A stretch of 64,000 nucleotides of DNA from Obrimoposthia wandeli (GCA_977020255.1 CDROCS010002432.1:62001-126000), one strand, 5' to 3'; shown: positions 30,976-42,229, counted from the first letter of the stretch. A program made the numbers and translations. The notes: generated by a model not told the origin, from the sequence alone.

Positions 30976-33900
30976 TTAAAAACGTATTTCTTTTAACAGC
31001 ATAGCGGCATCATCAAAATCATAGACTTCAACCTTAGCCATAATATCTTTCAGTTGTTGGTTGTATGTTTGCTGTTGAGTCATGGTCAGCAAAGCATTAA
31101 TAGTATCAATAGCAGCAACATCATAGTTATCGACATCAATAGCTAGTTGAGCTATCAGCGCTTTACAGGCGGAAAGATCAAAGCTAACAACGTTAGAGGA
31201 CTCTTGTGGTACAAGTTGCTTTAATGACATTTGAATGCGGCTTAGCTCATCCTGACATTGTGCTAAAAGTGAAGGCTGTACAGTTTGTTTTATGGCATCA
31301 CTCTCTAATAGTTGGCATAGTTCATAAAGCTTTGTTGCGCCAATATTTCCGGTAACTCCCTTTAAGGTATGGGCTAACTGTTCGATTGCGGCAAAGTCAT
31401 TGTCTGCTAATGCTATTTCCATTGGTGAGATAGCATGTTGATAATTATCTTTAAACTTCATCAGCAAGCGTAAGTAAAGTGGCTGATTATTTTGTGCTAT
31501 TGCTAAGCCCGCTTTACTATCTATACCGTCAATTTCAGGGATGTTTATTGTGTCAGTTTTTACTCGAGGGGGGGCTTTTTTAGCCTTGTTTAGATAACTT
31601 GGAATGACCCACTGCGCTAATTTAGTAAATAATTCACCGGTGTTTATTGGCTTGCCGATATGTTCATTCATGCCTGACTCAAGCGCTTTTTCGCGATCGC
31701 CTGCCATAACATTTGCGGTCATTGCGATGATAGGCAACTCTATAAATCTAGGGTCTTGACGAATTTCTCTGGTCGCTATATAGCCATCTTTAACGGGCAT
31801 TTGACAGTCCATTAATACGCCATCAAAGCGCTGATTATTAAGTTGGTCTATCGCTTCCTGGCCATTATTGGCGACAACCACTTCAATACCGTGATGATTT
31901 AACAACTCAGTAGCAAGTTCTTGATTTATTTCGTTATCTTCAACTAGCAATATTTTTGCGCCCTGGAGTGCCTTTATCGCTGATTGTTCTTCTAATGGCG
32001 CTTTTCTATGTTTAACGCTGCGCAGGTTTTCTTGCCCTAAAGTAACCAACAAACTGTCGAGTAGATTAGATGAGGTTATTGGCTTGCAAGTCACAAAATA
32101 GTGTTGGTCTTCGCTTAATGAGCGTGTTGGGACTTCTTGTCGGTTAGATAATATGTGTAATATCGGTAAAGTGATCCCGGCATTTCGTATTGAATTTATA
32201 TCAGCACAACTTTTATCATTGCTACATTTAACTAAATCAAAGACTAAAGCGTCAAATATACCTTCTTGTTGAACTAGTTTTGGTAGCGCTTGTGCCACTG
32301 AACTGTAGGTTTCGATGATAAAGCCAAAGGATGTTAACATGCGCTGCAAAATTGGTTTATAGCTTTCGTTGTCGGCAATTAAAGCGAGTTTTAATCCTTT
32401 AATCGAAGACAAGTAAGGTCGTTTAGATTCAATTTGTGCTGATGACTGGCTTTGATAATTAATGGTAAAGTGAAATTGGCTGCCGTTATTTTCTTCGCTT
32501 TCTAACCATATTTTACCACCGAGTAATTCAACTAAGTTTTTACATATCGCTAAGCCTAAACCTGTACCGCCATATTTTCTGGTGGTTGACGCATCAGCCT
32601 GACTGAACGATTGAAATAGTTTCTCTTGCTGCAACGTACTCATACCAATACCCGTATCGCAAATAGAAAACTTTAAGGTTACGTTGTCATCTTGTTTGTT
32701 GAGGCATGAAATATGAACTTTTATTTCCCCATTATCAGTAAACTTTGCTGCGTTGCTACCTAAGTTAGTTAAAATTTGACTAAGGCGTAAAGGATCACCG
32801 ATAAGATCGATAGGTACGTCTTTTTCAACATCAAAAATAAGCTCTGTCTGTTTCTCATTAAGCTTATCCACCAACATATTACTGAGGTTGTCGAGAATAT
32901 CATCTAAGCAAAATGGAATAGATTCGATATCGAGCTTGTTGGCTTCAATTTTTGAAAAATCTAAAATATCATTCACAATACCCAGTAAAGATTCTGCGGC
33001 ACGATTAACTTTCACAATGTAATTTCGTTGCTGTGGTGATAAATCTGACTTTAACGCTAAGGCTGACATACCAATGATGGCATTCATCGGTGTGCGAATT
33101 TCATGTGACATATTCGCTAAAAAGTTAGATTTAGCGGTAACGGCATCTTCTGCTAAAGACTTTGCGTGGGCCAATGTTTGCTCAGCCATTTTTTGCTCGC
33201 TAATATCAACAAAAGTTCCTAATAAGCCACCAATGCTACCATCTGATTTTTCGAAACTTTTTACCCAGTACATCGTCGAATGTATTACTCCATCCCCGTA
33301 GGTCAATGGTATTTCTTTTCGCACCATGCCTCTTGAGTTCAGTATTTCAGTATCTTCTATTTGATAGGCTTTTCTATCGGCAACGGGTAAGTATTCAAGA
33401 TCGAGTACGGTTTTACCAATCACATTTTCTCTTTTAACATTGAAGGTATCTTCATAAGATTTATTAACATTAATAAAGCGCGAGTCAGGGCCTTTAACAA
33501 ATATGGGATATGGAATAGTGTCGGCCAATGCTTGTTGAAATAGCACTTGTTCAGCCAATATAGTGTCATTTAGCTTACGTTCAGTAATGTCGCGAACAAT
33601 GGCAACAATAAAGCGATCATTATGAATATCAATTGAATTAACGGTTACTTCTGCTGAGAATTCATCGCCATTTTTACGTTTACCAATAAGCTCCAACAAT
33701 TGCTTTTCAGGGTTAGGCTGATGCAGCAAGTTCTCAAAGACATGTAAATACTCTTCCTCAGGTAATAATCGCTCTATTTTTTCCCCAATAAGTTCTGCTT
33801 TCTCATAACCAAACATACTCAGCACTTGCGAGTTAACAATGCTATGTTCTCGGTGTTTGTCTAACATCAAAATAGCATCCGGGGCTGACTCCATTAAAGC

Positions 33901-36591
33901 GGCAAATTGCGCTTTCGCGGCATTCTTTTGGGTTACATCGATTAAGGTTAAGCGTACTTCGATTAACTTCTCATCGTCGTTGTAAACAGGGAGTGCTGAA
34001 AGCAAGGTGTCTATTATTTTTGTTTCGCTAATTTTTACCGGAATTTCACATTCGAGTAAGTGCGACTTATCTTGAAATATTTTGTGAACATAATGGGCAG
34101 GGGCAACAAAGTCTTGCCAGTTGAGTGTCACGAAAACTTCACGTGGTCGCTTAAACATTTGCGCAAAGGCACAATTGTGTTTAATAAACTGACCTTGGCA
34201 ATTTAGCGTAGCGTACGCCACGGGAGCATGTTCATATAGCTCCCACATGGCTCGCTCACGTTGATGAAGTTCAAAGGTGCGTTGCTCAACAATTTTTTGT
34301 AACTCTTCTTTTGTACGGCGCATATATTTTGTTGAGCGCTGGCCAACGGTGACGGTAAAAATATTAGAGGTTAATGTCAGTAATAACGTAACGAAGGAAA
34401 TCAACATCAGCATATTTCGTAGCGCGTTAACATCTTGCAGGGCTTCGTCGACATCTATTTCGGTGGCAATACCAAAGCCGTGTTTATTGTCCCATACCCA
34501 AGCACCGTAAACGTTAACGCCACGATAGTCGTTGTAACCAATAACATTAGTGGTCACTTTATTTTCTGTTATCAAACTGATGTTGTCTGAGCGGGCGATA
34601 TTCATTAAATGGTTTGCCATAAAGGTATACGGCAGTTGTTGTTCATCAATAATAGCGTCAGTGTGTTTGGTCAGATCGATTAATGGATTTTTAAGCGTGA
34701 TAAGCTGATTGTTCTTACCGTATTTTTTAAAGTGAGTTAGTGTCGACAGTTTTGCTTCAAAGCGGCTTTTAGACAACATTTGCCCTAAATCATTGACCAA
34801 ATAACTTTCGCCAGAAGCGCCGACTCGGCTCTGTTGCATAAGCGCTGATATTTGACCGCTAGGTTGAATTCTTGACGCTAAAGCGGCAATAACTTGTTTG
34901 TCAGCATTCATTATTGGCGTGACGATAAACATGCTGTATTGATCAATGCTGTTAGTGGTGTTAACAAATGACGGATTAATATCTGACTTTATCGGTGAAA
35001 CAAAGCGCGTTTCGCCGGCGAATACTGCCGCTAAAACCTCTGGCTTTTGTTGCGCAATTAAGTTTACTTCGCCTAAGTTTTCATTATGACTTGAACCCAC
35101 ATTTATATTGTCTCTGTTGATGACAAAAAAGCCTTGGCCTTCAAAACTGCTTTGTCGACAATACTGCCGAACTTCCTGTAAAGGTGAAGAGGTTATTAGT
35201 GCATTTTGTAATGCAGGAACTTGTAGTAAGTTATTGACCAGTTTAATCATTTTTTCGTCAGTGCTGACTTGTTTTAACAGTTTTTCTTGATCATTTATCC
35301 AATCATTCAGTCTTGTTTTTGTTGCTTCTATAGCAAACTCAAGATTCTTTTTCATGCTAGCTTGTGTGCTTTTTTCGTTATCTTGTAAGGTCAGGTAAAT
35401 AACACTAAAAATAATGGCAATATTTAATATTGAAATTGAATGCACAATAAATGGAAAGCGTCTTGATGACATAAATGAGGACAAACGCTGTTGGGTGATT
35501 AATTTGGGCAGTAATAGGGTGATGGTTATTAATAGAAATGATATCAATACCATAGATATTATTAATGAGATGCTGCTGTCACTAGTAAGACGTTCGTCTG
35601 CAAAATGTGCTAACGCATCCTCAAGTAAGATGTTTTCAGGTAAAAATGGAGTGTCTAACATATTCAGTTGATGATAAATTTCGCTTATTTTTTCCATACG
35701 CGTACGGGCAATTGAGCCGATAGGAATGAAGTTGGGCAGAATGATTTTATCAATCTCATCAGCTTCAAATGCTAAATGCGCGCTAGACTTACCCTGAGCA
35801 TTATATTTTTCTTCAATAAGACGAATAATTTCTGCTTTATGGTTCAAAGCATACTGCCAGCCTTTGATGGTTGCTTGACGAATAGCTTGTACGCGTTGAG
35901 GGTTGTTTTTAACTTCTGATTCGCTAGTAAATAAATTATCACCGTAGAAATCAACGCCATAATCTCTTGGGTCGATAATAAATATATCGGTATTTTCTTG
36001 CTTGAATTTGAAGGGCTCGTCGGTGTTATAAATTAAAATAGCGTCGGTTTCACCTTTGACTAGTGCCGAGAATGGATAACTTTGTTTTAGCCAATTAAAG
36101 GCTGATGGTTGCTGCTCTGTTTGGGTTAGCATGGCAATAATAGGGGCGTAATTTTCTAACTTCGCGTCTGCCGTAATACGCTTGCCAATCAGATCAAAAG
36201 GACTGGAAATATTAGAAGATCGTAATGTTGCCAGTGTCGCCGGAGAATGCTGGAATATTTGCGCAACAATAACGACGGGTTTGCCTTTATCTTTGGCCAT
36301 TAATAAACTGGAGTTGCTAATACCGTAATCAGCACTACCATCGATAACATAGTCTTCAATAACCCCCTGATTATTAAATTCTCTTAGCTCGACATCTAAA
36401 CCTAATGCTTGATAAAACCCTTGTTCTTTCGCCGCATAATAACCTGCAAATTGAAACTGATGCAGCCAATTAAGTTGAATTGATACTTTTTCAAGTTCTT
36501 GTGTTTGCGCTGATGTTTGAGAACTTATAATAAAAACTAGTGTGCAACATACAGCGATTAGACCTTGTCTAATACAGCGAAAATTTAACAT
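30976..36591 (-). CDS. Hybrid sensor histidine kinase (NMT1/THI5-like binding domain, Cache, PAS x3, HisKA, HATPase, REC, HPt)
   Basis: QLNWLHQFQFAGYYAAKEQGFY; FLANMSHEIRTPMNAIIG; GDPLRLSQILTNL; DTGIG; YGGTGLGL; LLVEDN...LMDCQMP; AHTLKG. Confidence 0.93.
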   Translation of the reverse strand: MLNFRCIRQGLIAVCCTLVFIISSQTSAQTQELEKVSIQLNWLHQFQFAGYYAAKEQGFYQALGLDVELREFNNQGVIEDYVIDGSADYGISNSSLLMAKDKGKPVVIVAQIFQHSPATLATLRSSNISSPFDLIGKRITADAKLENYAPIIAMLTQTEQQPSAFNWLKQSYPFSALVKGETDAILIYNTDEPFKFKQENTDIFIIDPRDYGVDFYGDNLFTSESEVKNNPQRVQAIRQATIKGWQYALNHKAEIIRLIEEKYNAQGKSSAHLAFEADEIDKIILPNFIPIGSIARTRMEKISEIYHQLNMLDTPFLPENILLEDALAHFADERLTSDSSISLIISMVLISFLLITITLLLPKLITQQRLSSFMSSRRFPFIVHSISILNIAIIFSVIYLTLQDNEKSTQASMKKNLEFAIEATKTRLNDWINDQEKLLKQVSTDEKMIKLVNNLLQVPALQNALITSSPLQEVRQYCRQSSFEGQGFFVINRDNINVGSSHNENLGEVNLIAQQKPEVLAAVFAGETRFVSPIKSDINPSFVNTTNSIDQYSMFIVTPIMNADKQVIAALASRIQPSGQISALMQQSRVGASGESYLVNDLGQMLSKSRFEAKLSTLTHFKKYGKNNQLITLKNPLIDLTKHTDAIIDEQQLPYTFMANHLMNIARSDNISLITENKVTTNVIGYNDYRGVNVYGAWVWDNKHGFGIATEIDVDEALQDVNALRNMLMLISFVTLLLTLTSNIFTVTVGQRSTKYMRRTKEELQKIVEQRTFELHQRERAMWELYEHAPVAYATLNCQGQFIKHNCAFAQMFKRPREVFVTLNWQDFVAPAHYVHKIFQDKSHLLECEIPVKISETKIIDTLLSALPVYNDDEKLIEVRLTLIDVTQKNAAKAQFAALMESAPDAILMLDKHREHSIVNSQVLSMFGYEKAELIGEKIERLLPEEEYLHVFENLLHQPNPEKQLLELIGKRKNGDEFSAEVTVNSIDIHNDRFIVAIVRDITERKLNDTILAEQVLFQQALADTIPYPIFVKGPDSRFINVNKSYEDTFNVKRENVIGKTVLDLEYLPVADRKAYQIEDTEILNSRGMVRKEIPLTYGDGVIHSTMYWVKSFEKSDGSIGGLLGTFVDISEQKMAEQTLAHAKSLAEDAVTAKSNFLANMSHEIRTPMNAIIGMSALALKSDLSPQQRNYIVKVNRAAESLLGIVNDILDFSKIEANKLDIESIPFCLDDILDNLSNMLVDKLNEKQTELIFDVEKDVPIDLIGDPLRLSQILTNLGSNAAKFTDNGEIKVHISCLNKQDDNVTLKFSICDTGIGMSTLQQEKLFQSFSQADASTTRKYGGTGLGLAICKNLVELLGGKIWLESEENNGSQFHFTINYQSQSSAQIESKRPYLSSIKGLKLALIADNESYKPILQRMLTSFGFIIETYSSVAQALPKLVQQEGIFDALVFDLVKCSNDKSCADINSIRNAGITLPILHILSNRQEVPTRSLSEDQHYFVTCKPITSSNLLDSLLVTLGQENLRSVKHRKAPLEEQSAIKALQGAKILLVEDNEINQELATELLNHHGIEVVVANNGQEAIDQLNNQRFDGVLMDCQMPVKDGYIATREIRQDPRFIELPIIAMTANVMAGDREKALESGMNEHIGKPINTGELFTKLAQWVIPSYLNKAKKAPPRVKTDTINIPEIDGIDSKAGLAIAQNNQPLYLRLLMKFKDNYQHAISPMEIALADNDFAAIEQLAHTLKGVTGNIGATKLYELCQLLESDAIKQTVQPSLLAQCQDELSRIQMSLKQLVPQESSNVVSFDLSACKALIAQLAIDVDNYDVAAIDTINALLTMTQQQTYNQQLKDIMAKVEVYDFDDAAMLLKEIRF

Positions 36592-36949
36592 ATTATTCGG
36601 CTACCCGATGGTGAATTGTCATACAGAGAATTGCGCTTTGATACTTAGTATCTCACTTAAATTATTAAGAAAACAATCAACTGACTCAATTTTGTGTTAT
36701 TTCTCGTGCGCACTCAGGCTGATAGTAGCCTTTATCGTATATTTACGTTCAGCTGTATGCCATTATTGCTGTTTGAAGTCATCAGTGCTTGTTGCCATTA
36801 TGACTGACGTATAAAAAAGTGCATAGCCAGCAAAATATGATTGTCCGTAATTACAATGCTTACTTTAGCAATGTTTACTCTAGCAATGATCAAGCTAACC
36901 ATATTTAACCTAATAGTATTCAACCTAATAAGGTTCAACAGAGAGTTTT

Positions 36950-37681
36950 ATGAAAAAAATAGATTTTAGTTTCCCCGCTCTAATTATTGCATTTGTTTGT
37001 GTTTTAATTGCCGCATTAATGGTATTTGGCTCGTCGCTTGGTTTATGGGAGCCTATTGTCGGTTTCGTTGCTAGTCGCAATTATAATAACTTACTCGGTT
37101 ATATTTCAGTTGCTGCGGGGACATTTGCGTTAATCGTTAATTTGTATAATAAACAGTCTAAAACACATACTAAGTCTATCGTTGCTGTAGCACTAGGTTT
37201 GGTGGTATTAACGCCGACGATCGCTAGCTTGATAAAAGCGCCTGTTCGCTATCCTCCTATTCACGATATAACCACTGATACTCAAGCGCCACCACAGTTT
37301 AGTTTTTTGACTGACGAACGAGCGGGGGCAAAAAACACATTAGTTTACGGTGGTGAAGAGATTGCAGAGCAGCAGTTGGCGGCATTTCCTGACATTAAAC
37401 CTATAACATCAAAATTGAGCGCTGAACAAGCCTATCTCAAGAGTTTAAAGGTTGCTCAAACGATGGCATGGGAAATTGTCTACCAAGACCCAAAAACATT
37501 ACATTTTGAAGCAACAGCGAGAACACCATTCTTTAATTTTGCCGATGATGTTGTTGTTCAAGTGTTAAGTCAAGAAACGGCAAGTATTATTCATATTCGC
37601 AGTGTCTCGCGCATTGGTCGTGGTGATGGCGGTGTTAACGCACAGCGTATTCGAGACTTTACCAAAGCGTTTACAAAATAA
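36950..37681 (+). CDS. DUF1499 family membrane-anchored protein
   Basis: PPIHDITTD, FNFADDVVV, IRSVSRIGRGDGGVNAQRI. Confidence 0.85.
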   Translation: MKKIDFSFPALIIAFVCVLIAALMVFGSSLGLWEPIVGFVASRNYNNLLGYISVAAGTFALIVNLYNKQSKTHTKSIVAVALGLVVLTPTIASLIKAPVRYPPIHDITTDTQAPPQFSFLTDERAGAKNTLVYGGEEIAEQQLAAFPDIKPITSKLSAEQAYLKSLKVAQTMAWEIVYQDPKTLHFEATARTPFFNFADDVVVQVLSQETASIIHIRSVSRIGRGDGGVNAQRIRDFTKAFTK

Positions 37682-37806
37682 GTTGTTGTAATAGGCCTGA
37701 TACTTTAGAAAGTAGTAACTGTAACCGTAACCAATTGAAAATTGGCTTTGAGGTAAGTCGCTCATAGCACGACACAGGCTATAAAAATAAGGCGATCAGT
37801 ACGGCA

Positions 37807-37833
37807 CTAAAACGCTGGTTACTAGCGTTTTAG
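37807..37833. terminator. Hairpin between convergent genes, probable terminator
   Basis: CTAAAACGCT-GGTTACT-AGCGTTTTAG. Confidence 0.55.
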
Positions 37834-37895
37834 CCGTGGTGTTTTTTTAAATCACATCATGTGTCGTACTTTTAGTTTTATCGCTAGTGCGTAAA

Positions 37896-38714
37896 CTACT
37901 GCTTATTGCGATCAGACCATTGCTTTATAATATCAGCGAGTTGGTTCACGCCATCAGTTAAAGCTGCAGGACCCGGCTGGAGAATATCGGTCGAATTTAT
38001 TTCAAAAATATCGCCATTTTTGATAGCCGGAATTTCTTGCCAGCCAGCTCTTGATATCACCTTTTCTTGATCAAACTTACGCCCACACCAAGACGCTATG
38101 TAAATATCAGGTTGCTTGGCAATAACCTCACTGGCGTCTGCTACGATACGATTTTTTGCCAATGACTGTGTTGAAAACTCACCATAACAGTCGATGCCAC
38201 CTGCAATTTCTATCAGTTCACTAACCCAGCCAATACCGGTAATAATAGGATCGAACCATTCTTCAAAATAAACCTTTGGGCGTGTTGGTAGTTTATCTGC
38301 TTCTTCTTTAATACGCGTTAAGTTACTTTGTAAGTCAGCGACTAATTTCAGACCTTTTTCCGGCTGACCAATTAAGCCTGATAAGGTACGTATCATTTGA
38401 AGCGTTTCGCTAATGCTACGATGATTAAAGCAGTGTACTTGTATGCCCTCTTTGATTAAATCGGCGACGATATCCGCCTGCATGTCTGAAAACGCTAAGA
38501 CTAAGTCAGGCTTTAACTCTAGAATCTTTTCGGTTCGGGCGGTGATATAAGCACTGACTTTGGTTTTTTCTTTACGTGCCCGTTTCGGACGCATGGTATA
38601 AGCAGAAATACCAATAATGCGATGATCTTCCTCCATCAGATATAATGCTTCGGTAGTTTCTTCGGTTAAACAGATAATTCGCTCAGGCCATTTTGGTTCA
38701 GGGATTGTTTGCAT
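37896..38714 (-). CDS. Cobalamin-binding substrate-binding protein (BtuF-like), no obvious signal peptide
   Basis: PERIICLTEETTEALY, ILELKPDLVL, PKVYFEEWFDP, PDIYIASWCG, ILQPGPA; located in the cob island. Confidence 0.75.
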   Translation of the reverse strand: MQTIPEPKWPERIICLTEETTEALYLMEEDHRIIGISAYTMRPKRARKEKTKVSAYITARTEKILELKPDLVLAFSDMQADIVADLIKEGIQVHCFNHRSISETLQMIRTLSGLIGQPEKGLKLVADLQSNLTRIKEEADKLPTRPKVYFEEWFDPIITGIGWVSELIEIAGGIDCYGEFSTQSLAKNRIVADASEVIAKQPDIYIASWCGRKFDQEKVISRAGWQEIPAIKNGDIFEINSTDILQPGPAALTDGVNQLADIIKQWSDRNKQ

Positions 38715-38987
38715 GTGGTTCCTTGCTGACGCGTTATATTTAGTAGATTATTTTTACTTTATCAAAAGAGCCGACGTTATGATCACTTTAAGTGAAACAT
38801 TTTTTAGCTCAGCTTTTTAGCTTCGGCATTTTTGCTTAAGCATTTTTCATCAGGCAGCTATTAGCAGAAGTTCAGGTTATTTAGCTAACTTGCTAAACTT
38901 ATTTGCTAGACTGTAGCCAATATCGATGCCAACACTAATCATAGAATCACCAACACCATACATAAAGTCGTCAAAAGGAAGATAAGT

Positions 38988-39689
38988 TTGTCAGTAGCTA
39001 ATATTTATTTATTACGTCACGGAGCGTTAGTACAAAGTGGTATTTTATGCGGCCGTACTGATATTGCCTTATCGGATCAAGGTGAGCAACAGCTTATCGA
39101 GGCGACGAAAAACTTGCCTAAAATTTCACAATGTTATAGTTCGCCGCTGATTCGTTGCCGACAATTTGCCCAGCAGTATGGCCAACAACACGGACTTTGC
39201 GTGCAGGTTTTAGATGAGTTACAAGAAATGAACTTTGGTGATTGGGACGGAAAAAGCTATCAAACACTTTGGCAGCCAGAGCTTCAAGTAACGCCTCAAT
39301 CAGCACAGCAGCGAGCTCAACCGACAAAAGAAAAATTAACCACCTTAGGCGATTTTTGGCAAAACCCTTGGCAATGTCAACCTCCCAACGGCGAGACCAT
39401 GATTGACTTTACGCAACGAGTCGACCATTTTTGGCAAAACTTGTTGGCAGAGCTTATACAAGCTGAGCAAGAACAGAAGCAGAACGAAAACCAGAGCAGC
39501 CAACAACAAGAGAATATCTTAGTGGTCAGCCATGGCGGCGTTATTCGTTATATTTTAGCTAAAGTGTTGGGCTTGCCTTTACCTGGGGTAAATCACATGG
39601 CCAATATAGATGTACCTTATGGCGCGCTAATTCATCTGCAAGTGATTGTTGATGACAGCGGAAAAGCTTGGCCTAAGTTGATGCTATAG
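38988..39689 (+). CDS. cobC: Histidine phosphatase, probable alpha-ribazole(-cobalamin) phosphatase CobC
   Basis: YLLRHG, SSPLIRC, LQEMNFGDWDG, PPNGE, VVSHGGVIR; directly upstream of cobTSU. Confidence 0.75.
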   Translation: MSVANIYLLRHGALVQSGILCGRTDIALSDQGEQQLIEATKNLPKISQCYSSPLIRCRQFAQQYGQQHGLCVQVLDELQEMNFGDWDGKSYQTLWQPELQVTPQSAQQRAQPTKEKLTTLGDFWQNPWQCQPPNGETMIDFTQRVDHFWQNLLAELIQAEQEQKQNENQSSQQQENILVVSHGGVIRYILAKVLGLPLPGVNHMANIDVPYGALIHLQVIVDDSGKAWPKLML

Positions 39690-39919
39690 CTACAAGCTTT
39701 TTAGTCCTTTAGTACGACTAAGTCTTCAGCGAAATAATTGTCGATTTTTTCAAATGTTCAGGCAGGGCGGTATATTGCGATGATTTTTATCTGAAGTTAT
39801 GAGGAACTTTATGCTTTTAACCGTGCAGCAGGTTAAAAATAACGCTTGCTATTTCGTCCTAGCTGTCGATAATCGCGCCATTATTTAAATAATGTCATAT
39901 TCAATTTTACTGACTTTTA

Positions 39920-40072
39920 TGCTTTAGGCATCATTGATAATGTAAAACTGGGAATGTGGTGAAAGTCCACAACTGTACCCGCAACTGTAAACAGAGTGAT
40001 ATAGCGCTAAGTTTTTATTAAAGCTTAAGTTGGCAATATTCAATGACTGTAAGTCAGGATACCAGGGGAAAT
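39920..40072 (+). ncRNA. Cobalamin riboswitch upstream of cobT
   Basis: AACTGGGAATGTGGTGAAAGTCCACAACTGTACCCGCAACTGTAA ... AAGTCAGGATACC core motifs. Confidence 0.85.
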
Positions 40073-40275
40073 ATGAGCATTAATGACCACGTCGAGCGGG
40101 TTACTCGAACATTGGAATTTTTATCTTGTCATTGTTTACTGGCTCATTTTGAGTCGTTTTTTAAGTAACTCACTTTGACTAGCGCACTTTTGATTCGCTC
40201 ATTAGTGACACAAGATATTCTCCCCTAAGTGTAAACCGTATCGATGTTCATCTTATTATATCAACCAACTTAGCG

Positions 40276-41367
40276 TTGGCTTGGTACTATTTAGGTAGCA
40301 AAATGTTTGATATTAAAGCGGTTAGTTGTGAGCACTCAGAAAAAATTCAAGCGGTTATCGATGGTAAAACTAAGCCCTTAGGCGCGTTAGGTGCCCTTGA
40401 ACCCTTAGCTAAGCAAATCGCAAAAATTCAATTAACCGCTAGTGCTTTTGAAGCCCCGAAACATCAGCAGAATAAATTACAGCTTAGAGCTCCTCATTTA
40501 ACTATTTTTGCTGGCGACCACGGTGTGGCCCGTGAAGGTATTTCTATTGCGCCCAGTGAAGTGACTAGCCAAATGGTGGCTAACTTTGCCAATGGCGGCG
40601 CAGCCATTAATGTTTTTAGTCAGCAATTAGGCTGGCAACTCAATATTGTTGATACGGGCATATTACTGCCAGTTTTATCAGCAAAGGTTAAAAATCAGCG
40701 TTTAGGCGATATTACTCAACCTATTAATCAACAAGCGGCGATGACGCAAGCACAAGTTGAACAAGGTTTTATTTATGCTAAACAGCATATTGCTGAACTG
40801 AACACTAGCGGTTGTAACATTATTGCTTTTGGTGAAATGGGTATTGGCAACACGACGATAGCGGCCGCAATTATGGCGGCGTTAATGGCGATTCCAGCCA
40901 GTGAAGCGGTTGGTCGCGGCACAGGTGTTTCAGATGAAATTGTACTGAAAAAACAGCAAGTGGTAGAGCAAGCGTTAGCTCTTCATCATGAAAGTCTCAA
41001 CGATGCTGAGTCTATTTTACGTTGCTTAGGCGGCTTTGAAATCGTGCAAATTACGGCTGCCATGTTAGCGGCTGCAGAAAATGGCATGCTGATTATTGTT
41101 GATGGCTTTATTTGTACCGCCGCCGCAATGTTAGCGATTGAGTTTAATGCCAAGGCGAAAGATTACATGATATTCGCTCATTGTTCAGGTGAGCAAGGTC
41201 ACGAGAAAATGTTGGCTTGGCTTGATGTTAAGCCGTTATTAAACTTAGGTTTACGTTTAGGTGAAGGCACAGGCGCTGCGTTGGCCTTGCCGATTATACA
41301 AGCCGCCGTGGCTTTTTATAATGATATGGCCAGCTTTGCGGATGCTGAGGTAACCGATGTCACCTAA
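40276..41367 (+). CDS. cobT: Nicotinate-nucleotide--dimethylbenzimidazole phosphoribosyltransferase
   Basis: KTKPLGALGALE, FAGDHGVAREG, GGAAINV, GEMGIGNTT, GRGTG, GGFEI, LGLRLGEGTGA; likely start ATG 40303. Confidence 0.95.
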   Translation: MAWYYLGSKMFDIKAVSCEHSEKIQAVIDGKTKPLGALGALEPLAKQIAKIQLTASAFEAPKHQQNKLQLRAPHLTIFAGDHGVAREGISIAPSEVTSQMVANFANGGAAINVFSQQLGWQLNIVDTGILLPVLSAKVKNQRLGDITQPINQQAAMTQAQVEQGFIYAKQHIAELNTSGCNIIAFGEMGIGNTTIAAAIMAALMAIPASEAVGRGTGVSDEIVLKKQQVVEQALALHHESLNDAESILRCLGGFEIVQITAAMLAAAENGMLIIVDGFICTAAAMLAIEFNAKAKDYMIFAHCSGEQGHEKMLAWLDVKPLLNLGLRLGEGTGAALALPIIQAAVAFYNDMASFADAEVTDVT

Positions 41368-42229
41368 GCCTGACGAACAGCACGTTAAGGTGTCTAGGTG
41401 GAAACAGTTGGCTGAACAATGGCAGTTGTTGTTATTAGCCATAAGCTTTTTTACCCGAATTCCGGTCAATATTAGGGCTGAAGTCAGCGGTAAAGTGTTA
41501 AATGAGGCAAGTCGATATTTTGCTTTAGTTGGTGTGTTTATTGGTGTTGGCTCGGCATTAGCTTTTTATCTTGCCGCCAGTATTATGCCTGTCGAACTTG
41601 CTTTATTAATTGCCATGTCGACCAGTGTCCTCTTAACCGGTGCTTTTCATGAAGACGGTTGGGCCGATGTGTGGGATGGTTTTGGCGGCGGTTGGACCGT
41701 TGAGAAAAAACTTAACATTATGAAAGATAGCCGTTTAGGGACGTATGGCGCAGCGGCCTTATTTTTTATTTTAATGATCAAGTACCAAGCACTATTTGCG
41801 CTAATTCAGCAAAATATAACCCATAATACGGCTTTGTTAAACGAGAGCATGCTAAGCGAGAGCTTGAGCGTGCTGTCGATACTCGTTTTAGGCCATGGTT
41901 TAAGCCGAGTGCTGGCAACCAGTTTAATTGCTGATATGCCTTATGTTAGTGAAGATGCGACATCAAAAGTAAAACCCTTAGCGCAAACACTATCAACGAA
42001 CAGCTATTTAACTTTGCTTGCTACGGGAGCATTGATACTGATGTTCAGTTTGTCTTTTAGTGTGGTGTGGAAACTCGTGCTGATTTTGCTGCTGACACGT
42101 TGGTGTTTAAAGCGTTGGTTTACCCAACAATTAGGCGGTTATACCGGTGATTGTTTAGGGGCTGCGCAGCAGTTGTCAGAAGTGATTATTTATATCTCGC
42201 TGTTATCACTTTCTTCGGTGAGTGTATGA
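41357..42229 (+). CDS. cobS: Adenosylcobinamide-GDP ribazoletransferase (cobalamin synthase)
   Basis: FFTRIP, LTGAFHEDGWADVWDG, MKDSRLGTYG, GGYTGDCLGA. Confidence 0.95.
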   Translation: MSPKPDEQHVKVSRWKQLAEQWQLLLLAISFFTRIPVNIRAEVSGKVLNEASRYFALVGVFIGVGSALAFYLAASIMPVELALLIAMSTSVLLTGAFHEDGWADVWDGFGGGWTVEKKLNIMKDSRLGTYGAAALFFILMIKYQALFALIQQNITHNTALLNESMLSESLSVLSILVLGHGLSRVLATSLIADMPYVSEDATSKVKPLAQTLSTNSYLTLLATGALILMFSLSFSVVWKLVLILLLTRWCLKRWFTQQLGGYTGDCLGAAQQLSEVIIYISLLSLSSVSV

